From Alphaproteobacteria bacterium (GTDB taxonomy: Bacteria > Pseudomonadota > Alphaproteobacteria > CALKHQ01), in contig CBDDFZ010000001.1 of NCBI GenBank assembly GCA_965227515.1, positions 864,001-928,000 on the forward strand: a stretch of DNA of 64,000 nucleotides, given 5' to 3'. Position 1 is the stretch's first letter; each line of letters starts with the position of its first letter. Made by a program: the position numbers and the translations under genes. Shown here piece by piece: positions 52,222 to 62,349 of this stretch. Below the pieces are notes generated by a model that was not told where the DNA came from, searched no databases, and saw only the letters and a program-made list of their open reading frames with translations.

Positions 52222-53267
52222 TGCGCATGGCATCCGTCTTTCTGGCCGCGAGCATGGCCGCGGGCGTGGCCGCGCTGGCCGCCGGCCCAGCCTCGGCACA
52301 ATTGCCCGACACGCTGCAGCCGGGCCTCAACGCGCGCATCGCTGCGGCCCACGCGGATCTGGCCGACGCTGCGGCGGATCTGGTCACCCACGTCGGCGCC
52401 TTCTGTGCCGGCGACGCCGACCGTTCTGCGGCCGCCGACGCCTATCACGCCGCGGCCGACGCATTTATGCCGATCCAGTGGGCCGGCATCGGCATCGCGA
52501 TCGCGTTCGACCGCCGCTTCCGCCTCAACTTCTGGCCCGACGACACCAACGCGATCAGCCGCCAGCTTGCCGAGGCGGTGACGGACCAGCCGCCGGAGCT
52601 GTTGACGCCGGAGGGCATGGCGGACGCCAGCGTCGCCCTGCAGGGCCTGCCGGCATTGGAGCGCCTGCTGTTCGGCCAGCCGCTGGCCGAGCCGGGCACT
52701 TACGCCTGCGATCTGGCTGTCGCCATCGCCGGCAGCGTATCGGCGGTATCGACCGAGCTGGCGGACGGTTGGGCCGACCCAGCCGGCCCGATGCTGGCGA
52801 TGGATGCCGAAACCTATCTGGATCACGTGTTGAGCGGCATCTACGGCCATCTGGAACTGGTCGGCGACCGCAAGATCGGCCGCGTGGCCGGACCGACCCT
52901 GGACGAGGCGCGGCCGCGCCGCAGCGAGGCGTGGCGCTCCGGACGGTCGCTGCGCAATATCGCCCTCAACCTGGAAGCCGTGGAGTACGTTCTGTTCGGT
53001 TCTGGAGGAGAGGGCCTGTTGGTGGATTTCGCTGGCACGCCGGCGGCCGAGGCGCTTGCCCAGCTCGAGGTCCACATCTCCGTCGCCCGGGCGCTCGCCG
53101 AACCGATGCGCGACCACACCATGGCCGACATGCTGGCGACCCCCGAGGGCCACGCCGCGTTGCTGGACTTGCGCAAGGCCATCGACGCGATCCGCCAGGA
53201 CCTGGCGCTGTCGGTCTATCCGGCGCTGGGGCTCAGGGTCGGCTTCAACAGCGCGGACGGCGATTGA
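52221..53267 (+). CDS. Imelysin-like periplasmic protein
   Basis: FWPD, QGLPALERLL, EAWRS, terminal GFNSADGD. Confidence 0.88.
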
Positions 53268-54391
53268 TGGCCCATTGGCTTTCCCGCCGCGAGGCCCTGG
53301 GTGGGGCGGCCGCTTTGGCGGCGGCAACGCTCGTCGGATCGGCGCGGTCGACCTTTGCCGCACCAGCTTCGGTGCGATTGTTCGGCAGCGCGCTCGATCG
53401 TGGGGGCGACAACGCGCTGCGGCTGGCGGTTCCCGGCGGCGAGGCGATGCAAATCGCGTCGCTGCCGGGCCGCGGTCACGAGGTTTGCGTGTCGGACGAC
53501 GGCTCCGTCGCGGTGGTGGTGGCGCGCCGCCCCGGTACCTTTGCGGTTGCATTCGATCCGGCAAGCCTGGAGATCCTGCGGCGTTTAGAAAGCCCGCCTG
53601 ACCGGCACTTCTATGGCCATGGCGCGTTCTCGCGCGATGGGCGGCTGTTCTTCGCCACTGAGAACGCATTCGACGAGGACGGGGCCGGGCGGATCGGCAT
53701 CTACGACGTGGCGGACGGGTTCGCGCGGGTCGGCGAGTGGTCGAGCCATGGCATCGGCCCGCACGACCTGGTGCGCGCGCCCGGCGGCGACTGGCTGGTC
53801 GCCGGCAATGGCGGCATCCGCACCCACCCCAACACCGGGCGTGCCAAGCTGAACGTCGACACCATGCAGCCGAGCGTGGTGGTGGTGGATGGTGCCACCG
53901 GCGCGCTGGTGGCCGAGCACCGGCTGCCGGCCGAGCTGCGTCATCTCAGCCTTCGCCACCTCGCGATCCGCGACGATGGCCGGCTGGTGGTCGGCGGCCA
54001 GTGGGAGGGCGATCCGACCGTCCACACGCCGCTGGTGGCCGTGGGGTCGCTGGCGGACGGCATCGCGCCGGTCCCGATGGCGGACGGGCAGACCGCGGCG
54101 CTCGCCAACTACATCGGCAGCGTCAGCCTGTCACCGGATGGACGACTGGCCGCCGCCTCCGCGCCGCGTGGCGGGCACTGCGCCATCGTCGCGGTCGACG
54201 GCCCGCTTCTGGTCGACATGCTGGCGATCGAGGATGTCTGCGGCACCGCCCCCGCGCCGGCCGGCAGCGGCCTCTACCTCAGCGACGGCCTGGGCCGCCT
54301 GCATACCTATGACGGCGGCCAACTCACCCCGGTCGACGTGGTGCAGGCGCCTTACGCCTGGGACAACCATTTGGCCGTACTGCCTGGTTGA
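53267..54391 (+). CDS. DUF1513-family Tat-exported beta-propeller protein
   Basis: SRREAL, RGH, ARRPG, HFYGHG, GIGPH, SLRH, WDNH. Confidence 0.9.
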   Translation: MAHWLSRREALGGAAALAAATLVGSARSTFAAPASVRLFGSALDRGGDNALRLAVPGGEAMQIASLPGRGHEVCVSDDGSVAVVVARRPGTFAVAFDPASLEILRRLESPPDRHFYGHGAFSRDGRLFFATENAFDEDGAGRIGIYDVADGFARVGEWSSHGIGPHDLVRAPGGDWLVAGNGGIRTHPNTGRAKLNVDTMQPSVVVVDGATGALVAEHRLPAELRHLSLRHLAIRDDGRLVVGGQWEGDPTVHTPLVAVGSLADGIAPVPMADGQTAALANYIGSVSLSPDGRLAAASAPRGGHCAIVAVDGPLLVDMLAIEDVCGTAPAPAGSGLYLSDGLGRLHTYDGGQLTPVDVVQAPYAWDNHLAVLPG

Positions 54392-54424
54392 AGGCACAAG
54401 GCGCCGTCCTCACCACCCGCCTTC

Positions 54425-54600
54425 GTCGTCCTCGCCCTTGTGGCGAGGACCCATTCCTGTCCAATGCGGCTGCGTTTCACTGGTTTCGCAGTCGAATGGG
54501 GACGACCTTGGGCCATTGGCCCGCGGCGACGACCAAGCCATGGGCGCACGTATCGCATCCGGCATTGCGATGGGCCCTCGCCACGGAGGGCGAGGGCGAC
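54425..54600 (+). repeat. Family B element copy 4 (176 bp, 115-bp core)
   Basis: Canonical ends, TGTCCAAT next to the left end. Confidence 0.9.
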
Positions 54601-54648
54601 GAGGTGTTTGGTTGCGAACATCGAGTGTCCGCGCGCCCGCTCCTGAGC

Positions 54649-55959
54649 CTACCAATAGCTCTGGGTGAGTTCGGCGTAGGTGTCGTAGAAGGCGCGCGCG
54701 TCGACCGCCATGTTCCAGTCGAACGGCCCGCTGTCGTTGAACAGCACGGCACTCTCGATGGCGATCACGTAGTGGCGCCCGCCCATCACCACCATGAACG
54801 GCGAGCCCGAGTCGCCCTGCAGCGTGTCGCACTCGTGGAACACGGTATTGTCGTCATAGACCTCGGTCAGGCGGCAGCCGATGTGCGCGCTGAGCTGGTA
54901 CTCGCTGTCGGCGCTGTAGCCGGCCTGGCTGACCGCCAGCCAACGGCCCAACGCGGCGTCGCGCAACTCGTCGGACGTCACCGGGTACACCGGCACGAAG
55001 CCGGCCTGGGCGCCGATCCGCTCGTCCAGGATCACGAACGCCCAGTCGAAGCCGTCGACGTCATGGGTCTGCATGCTCAGCACGTTGTCGTAGTTCGGCG
55101 AGATGTAGACCTCCGAGATGCCGGCGCGGGCGACGTAGTTGCCGCCGTTCTCGCCGGCGACGAACTCCACCGGCCAGTCGCGGTCATTGCTGTCGGAATA
55201 CATGAACAGGCAGTGGGCCGCGGTCAGCACCACCTGCTCGGAGACCAGCACGCCGGAGCAGATGCCGCCGCCCTGCATGTAAAGCTTGCCGATGGCGCTC
55301 CACGGCTGCTGGGAGGAGTCGACGAACACCCGGTCGTCGCGGCCGAAGAACACGCGATAGGCGTCGTCGACGGTGTAGCCGCCATATCCGCCGCCACCGC
55401 CCCCATAGCCGGGATTGGGGTACCCGCCACCGCCATAGCCGCCACCTCCTCCGCCGCCGCCGCCATAACTCGGCGTCCATTCGTCGATGATGTTGGGGCC
55501 ATTGCCATAGCCGCTGGCATAGTCGTCGATGATGTTCGGGCCGTTATAGCCACCCCCGCCGCCACCATCGCCGTAGATGCCACCCCAGGCGCTGTATCCG
55601 CCCTGGCAGTCGGCGACATCGGTGCCGTACAGGCACGCACCGGTGCCTTCGCCCGGATGGTCGCATTCGTTGTCGTAGGCAAAGACGCAATCGTTGGCGC
55701 CGAGCGCGTAGTTGCGTCCGCAGTCGTAGCTGTCGGTGCCGAACGCGCAATAGGCCGGGTCGACGAGGCCAAGCTCGTCGCACTCGCCGTCATAGGCGTA
55801 CTGGCAGGAATTGTCGTTGGCCTGCGCCGTCCCGGAAATCGACAGCGTCACGGCCATCAGCGCGCCGCCGAATGTGGCGGCAACGGCGAATGGTCTCAGG
55901 CCGATGCGACGGAGATCGTGTCGGTTGCGGCCGTTGGTCATGTGCGTGTGCGTCAGCAT
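54649..55959 (-). CDS. Secreted trypsin-like (V8-type) serine protease with N-terminal Cys-rich repeats
   Basis: LTAAHC, FDWAF, GDSGSP triad; signal peptide; start uncertain. Confidence 0.88.
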   Translation of the reverse strand: MLTHTHMTNGRNRHDLRRIGLRPFAVAATFGGALMAVTLSISGTAQANDNSCQYAYDGECDELGLVDPAYCAFGTDSYDCGRNYALGANDCVFAYDNECDHPGEGTGACLYGTDVADCQGGYSAWGGIYGDGGGGGGYNGPNIIDDYASGYGNGPNIIDEWTPSYGGGGGGGGGYGGGGYPNPGYGGGGGGYGGYTVDDAYRVFFGRDDRVFVDSSQQPWSAIGKLYMQGGGICSGVLVSEQVVLTAAHCLFMYSDSNDRDWPVEFVAGENGGNYVARAGISEVYISPNYDNVLSMQTHDVDGFDWAFVILDERIGAQAGFVPVYPVTSDELRDAALGRWLAVSQAGYSADSEYQLSAHIGCRLTEVYDDNTVFHECDTLQGDSGSPFMVVMGGRHYVIAIESAVLFNDSGPFDWNMAVDARAFYDTYAELTQSYW

Positions 55960-56348
55960 GGTGCCCACCTTGTCTGTCTGCTCTCATCCGACCCCATGTG
56001 GGGGATGCCTACCGGGCCGCTGCCGCGCGCGGATTCTATGGGGTAGACACCGAGCACCCGCGCCGGCCGGGCCGCGCGCCGATATCGCCGCAACTATCGC
56101 CGTCCGGCACCGGGCCGGCGCAGTCGATGCTCTAGGCGGGGACCATGCCGGGCCACCACGGCGAGAGCATGACCGGATTGTGGCAAGGCGGGGTAAATGC
56201 GCCGCGTCTCCCGGGGTTCAATGAAATGCCCGGCCTCGGTGATCTGGTTCACAGGTTGGCGCGGCTGGCGTTCCCAAATCCAACTCATCGGCAGGGCAAG
56301 CTATCGACCACTGGGCCCACAGCCACTTGGAAAACGGGAGCAACCATC

Positions 56349-56678
56349 ATGTTCAAGACCATCCGGAATACCGCAGTCGCCACCATCGCCGCCGCCGGCG
56401 TGCTGGCCGCCGCCACCGCCGCCCAGGCCGCGTCGAACCTGTCCCTGGAAAATGCCAGCGGCATGGACATCCACTACGTCTACATCTCGCCGGACTACGC
56501 GGCCGACTGGGGCACCGACGTGCTGGGCAACGACATCCTGCCGGCCGGCGGCGTCTATGAGCTGAGCTCCAACGGCGACCACTGCATCTACGACGTGCTG
56601 GTCGTCTGGGCCGACGGCTACGAGATGGACGGCTACGGCTTCGACTTCTGCGCCAACGACACGCTGGTGATCGAGTAG
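56349..56678 (+). CDS. Small secreted hypothetical protein
   Basis: GGAG RBS, signal peptide (AQA|A), YISP..WG.DVLG, two Cys. Confidence 0.82.
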   Translation: MFKTIRNTAVATIAAAGVLAAATAAQAASNLSLENASGMDIHYVYISPDYAADWGTDVLGNDILPAGGVYELSSNGDHCIYDVLVVWADGYEMDGYGFDFCANDTLVIE

Positions 56679-56680
56679 AT

Positions 56681-56787
56681 CAGCTTGCGCTGAAGTCGGC
56701 ACCGGCCCTCTCCCCCACCCGGCCACCCAGCAGGATACTTTCGTGGGCGGTCGGGTGGGGGAGAGGGCTGGCGCAGACTTGAATGAG
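56681..56787. repeat. REP-like family A, copy 5 with CAGCTTGCGCTGA flank
   Basis: GTCGGC..arms..CAGGATA..arms..CAGAC. Confidence 0.9.
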
Positions 56788-56844
56788 AAGCGACAGCGCA
56801 TCACAGATATGACCGGGTGACCAACGCCGCAATCGCCCGGGCAT

Positions 56845-56876
56845 AAGCCCTCCCCCACGCACGCGGGGGAGGGCTT
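56845..56876. terminator. GC-rich hairpin between convergent genes
   Basis: AAGCCCTCCCCC-N8-GGGGGAGGGCTT; weak U tract; may be a family D derivative. Confidence 0.5.
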
Positions 56877-56911
56877 CTCGCGTTTGGAACCTGACCAGCG
56901 CAAGCTGACCA

Positions 56912-58330
56912 TCAAGCCAGCATGATGCCCTGCACGTTGGCGTCGTAGCCCGGCATCCAGAACTGCGCCACGCCGGCATCATCGAACGTCACCGTGTAGG
57001 TCAGGCCGGCATCGTTGGTGATCACCAGGAAACTGGTGCCCGAGACGCGGTCGCCCTCGGCGGCGTCATAGTCCTCGATCCGGTCCAGCTCGGCGAAGTT
57101 GGCGGCTGTCTCGGCCGGCGTGTCGCCGAACAGCGGGATGCCCGGCGCGCGGTCGTCCTCCACCATGATGAAGGTGTCGGCGCCGGCACCGCCAACGAAG
57201 GTGTTGTCGCCATAGCCGCCCATCAGGGTGTCGTCGCCCTCGCCGCCGACAATCAGGCGGCGGCCGTCGGTGTCGGAGGCATAGATCCTGTCATTGCCGG
57301 CACCGCCCAGCAGGATGTCGTTGCCCGGCCCGCCGGTGATGGTGTCGTCGCCATCGCCACCGTCGAGCGTGTCGTCGCCTGAGCCTGCGACCAGCCGGTC
57401 GTTGCCCGCACCGCCCAGCAGCGTGTTGTTCCCGCCCGAGCCGAACAGCTCGTCGTCGCCGTCTCCGCCGTTCAGGACATCGTCGCCCTGGCGGCCGTCC
57501 AGCCAGTCGTTGCCGGCGCCGCCATCCAGCACGTCGTTGCCCGCGCCACCGTCCAGAACGTCGCTGTCGGCACCGCCGAACAGGATGTCGTCACCCTGGA
57601 AGCCGCGAATCTCGTCATTGCCATCGCCACCGTACAGCGTGTCGTCGCCATCGTACGGCGACAGCGTGTGGAGGTAGGTGCCGCCGACGATCAGGTCGTC
57701 ACCGGTGCCGCCGCGCACGATGTCGTTGCCGTCGCCACCCTCCAGATAGTCGTTGCCGTCATGTCCGTTCAGGGTGTCGTCGCCGGCATCGCCCAGCATT
57801 GTGTCGTCGCCACTGCCGCCGATCAGCTCGTCATTGCCGGAATAGCCGGTCAAATAATCGTTGCCGGCATCGCCATCGAGGACGTCGTCGCCCGACCAGC
57901 CGCCAAGCTCGTCATCGCCGTCGCCCCCGGCCATGACGTCGTCGCCCATACCGCCGAACATGGTGTCGTCGCCATCCTGGCCGTCCATGATATCGTTGCC
58001 GACACCGCCTTCCATGATGTCGTCGCCGGTGCCGCCGAGCACCCGGTCGTCGCCTTCGCCGGCGATCAGCCGGTCGTTGCCGTCACCGCCCAGCAGCGTG
58101 TCGTTGCCGGCAAGCCCGATGACGGTGTCGTCGCCGCCCGCGCCGTTCAGCGTGTCCTGGGCGCCGCCGCCGGCGATGGTCTCCGGTTTGTCGGTGCCGT
58201 CGATCACCCGCGACGTGTCGAAGCCGTAGATCAGCTTCTCGGGATCGAAGTCGACGATCGGCTTCTTGAATGACAGCGACCAGTCGAGGTCGCGGTCGAA
58301 CTTGCCGCGCAAGAAGGCGCCGGTGGCCAT
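56912..58330 (-). CDS. RTX/hemolysin-type Ca-binding repeat protein
   Basis: Long run of GGxGxDxL repeats, C-terminal DRIEDYDAAEGD. Confidence 0.92.
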   Translation of the reverse strand: MATGAFLRGKFDRDLDWSLSFKKPIVDFDPEKLIYGFDTSRVIDGTDKPETIAGGGAQDTLNGAGGDDTVIGLAGNDTLLGGDGNDRLIAGEGDDRVLGGTGDDIMEGGVGNDIMDGQDGDDTMFGGMGDDVMAGGDGDDELGGWSGDDVLDGDAGNDYLTGYSGNDELIGGSGDDTMLGDAGDDTLNGHDGNDYLEGGDGNDIVRGGTGDDLIVGGTYLHTLSPYDGDDTLYGGDGNDEIRGFQGDDILFGGADSDVLDGGAGNDVLDGGAGNDWLDGRQGDDVLNGGDGDDELFGSGGNNTLLGGAGNDRLVAGSGDDTLDGGDGDDTITGGPGNDILLGGAGNDRIYASDTDGRRLIVGGEGDDTLMGGYGDNTFVGGAGADTFIMVEDDRAPGIPLFGDTPAETAANFAELDRIEDYDAAEGDRVSGTSFLVITNDAGLTYTVTFDDAGVAQFWMPGYDANVQGIMLA

Positions 58331-58417
58331 GGCTGAGGCTCCGTTGTTGACTGCCCGCGAAGAGGTGGTGCCGACGTAGATTGGCGGCGAATGTGGCGAC
58401 GGCGTGCAAAGGCGCGG

Positions 58418-58432
58418 GCAAGGCGCGTACCG
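58418..58432 (-). promoter_or_regulatory. Possible sigma-54 -24/-12 promoter for the RTX gene
   Basis: CGGTACGCGCCTTGC (GG-N10-GC with TTGC), 88 bp upstream of the ATG. Confidence 0.3.
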
Positions 58433-58608
58433 CCATTCACATGGCCGTCACGACGGATTTTGGAGTACCGAACGGGCTGTGCGCCGCACCGCGCCCTATC
58501 CCCGGTGACGCGACCGCACTATTGTTGGCGCCGATCCCATTGCGGAACCATCGACACACACAATGCGCAGGCGCGCGGGCACTCGCCCGCTGCGCGACAG
58601 GAGGCACC

Positions 58609-59775
58609 ATGACAGGCTGCATCGTGGGCTGGGCCCATTCCAAGTTCGGCAAGCTGGAAGACGACGATCCGGAATCGCTGATCACCGGGGTGGCCCGCGC
58701 CGCCCTGGCGGACGCCGGGGTCGAGGCCAAGGACGTCGATGCCATCTACCTCGGCTGGCATAATGGCGGCTTCTCGAAGCAGGACTTCGGCAGCTCGCTG
58801 GTGCTGCAGACCGACGACGACCTGCGTTTCGTGCCGGCAACCCGGGTCGAGAACGCCTGCGCCACCGGCAGTGCCGCCATCCACCAGGGGCTGAACCACA
58901 TCGCCGCCAACAAGGCGCGGTTCGTGCTGGTGGTCGGCATGGAGAAGATGACCGCCACGCCGGGGCCTGAGATCGGGCCGCTGCTGCAGCGCGCGGCCTA
59001 TCTGAAGGAGGAGGCCGACATCGAGGGCGGCTTCGCCGGCGTGTTCGCCCGCATCGCCCAGATCTACTACCAGGCCTATGGCGACCAGTCCGACGCGCTG
59101 GCCCACATCGCCGCCAAGAACCACCACAATGGCTGCGCCAACCCCTACGCCCAGTTGCGCAAGGACCTGGGCGTCGAGTTCTGCCGCGAGGTCTCCGACA
59201 AGAACCCGATCGTCGCCCCGCCGCTGAAGCGCACTGACTGCTCGCTGGTCTCCGATGGCGCCGCCGCCGTGGTGCTGAGCGACGTCGACACCGCGCTCGG
59301 CATGGACAAGGCGGTGGTGTTCCGCGCCCGCCAGCAGGTGAACGACTACCTGCCGATGAGCCGGCGCGACATGACCCGGTTCGAGGGCTGCGCGCTGGCC
59401 TGGTCGCGCGCGTTCGAGGAGGCTGGCGTCACCCTGGACGATTTGAGCCTGGCCGAGACCCACGACTGCTTCACCATCGCCGAGCTGATTCAGTACGAGG
59501 CGATGGGCCTGACCGCGCCCGGCCAGGGCGCCCGTGCGGCGCTGGAGGGCTGGACCGCCAAGGACGGCAAGCTGCCGGTGAACCCCTCCGGTGGGCTCAA
59601 GTCGAAGGGCCACCCCATCGGCGCCACCGGCGTGTCGATGCACGTGATGGCGTCGATGCAGGTGAAGGGCGAGGCCAACGATATGCAGGTGCCCGACGCC
59701 AAGCTCGCCGGGGTGTTCAACATGGGCGGGGCTGCGGTCGCCAACTACGTCTCGATCCTGGAGGCGCTGCGGTAG
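58609..59775 (+). CDS. Thiolase (SCP2-type acetyl-CoA acetyltransferase)
   Basis: ENACATG, DGAAA, HDCF, GHPIGATG, NMGG. Confidence 0.92.
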   Translation: MTGCIVGWAHSKFGKLEDDDPESLITGVARAALADAGVEAKDVDAIYLGWHNGGFSKQDFGSSLVLQTDDDLRFVPATRVENACATGSAAIHQGLNHIAANKARFVLVVGMEKMTATPGPEIGPLLQRAAYLKEEADIEGGFAGVFARIAQIYYQAYGDQSDALAHIAAKNHHNGCANPYAQLRKDLGVEFCREVSDKNPIVAPPLKRTDCSLVSDGAAAVVLSDVDTALGMDKAVVFRARQQVNDYLPMSRRDMTRFEGCALAWSRAFEEAGVTLDDLSLAETHDCFTIAELIQYEAMGLTAPGQGARAALEGWTAKDGKLPVNPSGGLKSKGHPIGATGVSMHVMASMQVKGEANDMQVPDAKLAGVFNMGGAAVANYVSILEALR

Positions 59776-59833
59776 TTCTCCGACGTCTCGTCCTTGACCG
59801 GAGCCAAGCCATCTTCGGTGGTTTACCTATCTC

Positions 59834-59921
59834 GTCATGCCCGCACTTGTTGCGGGCATCCACGCCTAATAGGCCGCTGCGCGGCCTTCTCGTGGATGCT
59901 CGGGACAAGCCCGAGCATGAC
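59834..59921. repeat. REP-like family C doublet, intact (88 bp)
   Basis: GTCATGCCCGCACTTGTTGCGGGCATCCACG - inner hairpin - CGTGGATGCTCGGGACAAGCCCGAGCATGAC. Confidence 0.9.
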
Positions 59922-59989
59922 GATGTTGTTGTTGGCGGCTCTTGCGCGCGCAATGTTGCCGTGACGGAAATCTGCGATCCAATCCGTTT

Positions 59990-60991
59990 ATGACCGAGCA
60001 CTCCAACCTCCTTCCCGTCCTGCGGGACATGGGCCTGGTGGGCGCGGACGAGACGCCTGCATTCATCGCGCTGACCGGCGGGGTGGCGTCGGACATCTGG
60101 CGGGTCGACGCGGCGCGCGGGCCGTTCTGCATCAAGCGCGCGCTCGCCAAGCTGAAGGTCGCGGCGGACTGGCGCGCACCGGTGGAGCGCAACGCCTATG
60201 AAGTCGGCTGGCTGCGCGCGGCCGACCGTATCGTGCCGGGCGCCGCACCCGCCGTGCTGGGGCATGCGCCCGACGAGGGTCTGTTTGCGATGGCCTGGCT
60301 GGACCCGGACCGGCATCCGGTCTGGAAGGCGGAACTCTTGGCCGGTCGCGCCGACCCTGATTTCGCCGCCAAGGTCGGCGACGCCATCGGGCGCATCCAT
60401 GCCGCCACCGCGGGGCGCGACGATATGGCGGCGACCTTTCCCACCGACGCGGTGTTCTGGGCGATCCGGCTGGAACCCTATCTGATCGCCACGGCGACGG
60501 CGCACCCCGACCTTGCCGGTCACCTGCGCGCGCTGGCCGAACGCACCCACACCACCAAGCGCACGCTGGTCCACGGCGACGTTAGCCCGAAGAACATCCT
60601 GGTCGGTCCCACCGGCCCCGTGTTCCTGGATGCCGAGTGCGCCTGGTATGGCGATCCCGCCTTCGACGTCGCCTTCTGCCTCAACCACCTGCTGCTGAAG
60701 TGCGTGCCCCAGCCCGGAGCGGCACCCACCTTCCTGGCCGCGTTCGATGCGCTGGCCGACGCGTGGCTGGCCCGGATCGACTGGGAGCCGGCGGCGGAGG
60801 CGGAGGCGCGCGCCGCGACCCTGCTGCCGGCGCTGACACTGGCGCGGATCGACGGCAAGTCGCCGGTCGAGTACATCACCGACACAGCGGCGCAGGACCG
60901 CGTGCGCACCGCCGCGTGCAGGATCGTTCAATCCGGCGCCGACACCCTCGCCGCCGTGCGCGCCGCCTGGAACAAGGAAATCGCCGCATGA
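59990..60991 (+). CDS. Phosphotransferase (APH/methylthioribose-kinase-like)
   Basis: GGVAS, CIKRA, HGDVSPKNIL, LDAE..YGDPAFD. Confidence 0.88.
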   Translation: MTEHSNLLPVLRDMGLVGADETPAFIALTGGVASDIWRVDAARGPFCIKRALAKLKVAADWRAPVERNAYEVGWLRAADRIVPGAAPAVLGHAPDEGLFAMAWLDPDRHPVWKAELLAGRADPDFAAKVGDAIGRIHAATAGRDDMAATFPTDAVFWAIRLEPYLIATATAHPDLAGHLRALAERTHTTKRTLVHGDVSPKNILVGPTGPVFLDAECAWYGDPAFDVAFCLNHLLLKCVPQPGAAPTFLAAFDALADAWLARIDWEPAAEAEARAATLLPALTLARIDGKSPVEYITDTAAQDRVRTAACRIVQSGADTLAAVRAAWNKEIAA

Positions 60992-62277
60992 CCGACACCC
61001 GCATCACTGCCGTCACCGGCCGCCGGGTGTGGGATTCGCGCGGGCGCCCGACCGTCGAGGCCGAGATCGCGCTGGCGAGCGGCGTCACCGGCCGGGCGAT
61101 CGCACCCGCCGGGGCCTCCACCGGGCGCCACGAGGCGGTCGACAAGCGCGACGGGGGCACGGCGTTCGGCGGGCTCGACGTCGCAGGCGCGCTGGACGCA
61201 CTTACCGTCGAACTGGCGCCGGCCCTGATCGGCCGGAATGCGGCGGACCAGGCCGGCATCGACAAGGTGCTGAGCGAGACCGATGGCACGCCTGATCTGG
61301 CCCGTTGCGGCGGCAACGCGGTGATCGCGTGCTCGATGGCCACCGCCCATGCCGCGGCCGCCGCCGCCGGGCTGCCGTTGTGGCGTTGGCTGGCCGCCAA
61401 CGCGCCGGTCACCGACATGCCGATCCCGGAGATCCAGGTCTTCGGCGGCGGCGCGCACGCCAGCCGGCGGGTTGACATGCAGGACTTTATGGTGGTCGCG
61501 GTCGGCGCCGCCCACATCGCCCAGGCATTCGACTGGACCGCCGAGGTCTATCGCGCTGCCGGCGGGCTGATGGCCGAGGCCGGCAAGCTCGCCGGGGTGG
61601 CCGACGAGGGCGGCTGGTGGCCGCAATTCGAGGGCAACGAGGACGCACTGGATTTCCTGGTCCGCGCCATCGAGCGCGCGGGCCTGCGTCCCGGCGAGGA
61701 TGTCGCCATCGCCCTCGACATCGCCGCCACCCAGTTGCTGGACGGCGAGCATTACCGGCTGGCGGCGGAGGATCGGCGCCTGGACGGCGACGAATGGCGC
61801 GAACTGCTGCTCGGCTGGTGCCGGCGCTACCCCATCGTGTCCATCGAGGACCCGTGCGCGGAGGACGACTTCGACGGCATGGCGGCGTTCGTGGCCCAGG
61901 TGCCGGCCGGCATCATCACGGTCGGCGACGACCATCTGGCGACCGCGCCGGAACGGATCGCCGATGCCGCCGGCGCGCGTTCCTGCACCGCGGCCCTGAT
62001 CAAGCCCAACCAGGCCGGCACGCTGACCCGCGCGCACCACGCCCTGAACGACGCCCGCGCCCATGGCTGGGCCACCATCGTGTCGGCCCGCTCCGGCGAG
62101 ACCGAGGATGTGACCGTGACCCATCTCGCCGTTGGCTGGGGCGCCGATCAGCTCAAGGTCGGCTCCTTCACCCGTTCCGAACGGATGGCGAAGTGGAACG
62201 AGTGCCTGCGCATCGACGAGGCCCTCGGTGGCGGCCTGCCGCTCCGGCGGCCCCGGGCGTGGGTTGGAGGATCGTAG
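60988..62277 (+). CDS. Divergent enolase paralog
   Basis: DSRGRPTVE, GASTG, DEGG, SIEDP, VGDD, IKPNQ, RSGETED, RSERMAK; ATGA overlap with the kinase. Confidence 0.9.
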   Translation: MTDTRITAVTGRRVWDSRGRPTVEAEIALASGVTGRAIAPAGASTGRHEAVDKRDGGTAFGGLDVAGALDALTVELAPALIGRNAADQAGIDKVLSETDGTPDLARCGGNAVIACSMATAHAAAAAAGLPLWRWLAANAPVTDMPIPEIQVFGGGAHASRRVDMQDFMVVAVGAAHIAQAFDWTAEVYRAAGGLMAEAGKLAGVADEGGWWPQFEGNEDALDFLVRAIERAGLRPGEDVAIALDIAATQLLDGEHYRLAAEDRRLDGDEWRELLLGWCRRYPIVSIEDPCAEDDFDGMAAFVAQVPAGIITVGDDHLATAPERIADAAGARSCTAALIKPNQAGTLTRAHHALNDARAHGWATIVSARSGETEDVTVTHLAVGWGADQLKVGSFTRSERMAKWNECLRIDEALGGGLPLRRPRAWVGGS

Positions 62278-62327
62278 CCCGGGTGAAACGAAGTGGAACC
62301 CGGGTTTCGCTGCGCTCCACCCAGGCT
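62274..62327. repeat. GTAG-type REP, interrupted at its terminal CT|AC by the IS110 element
   Basis: GTAGCCCGGGTG..CACCCAGGCT plus AC at 63757-58; its TAG is the enolase stop codon. Confidence 0.87.
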
Positions 62328-62349
62328 TCTGTAACGGGCCATTGTTGGT

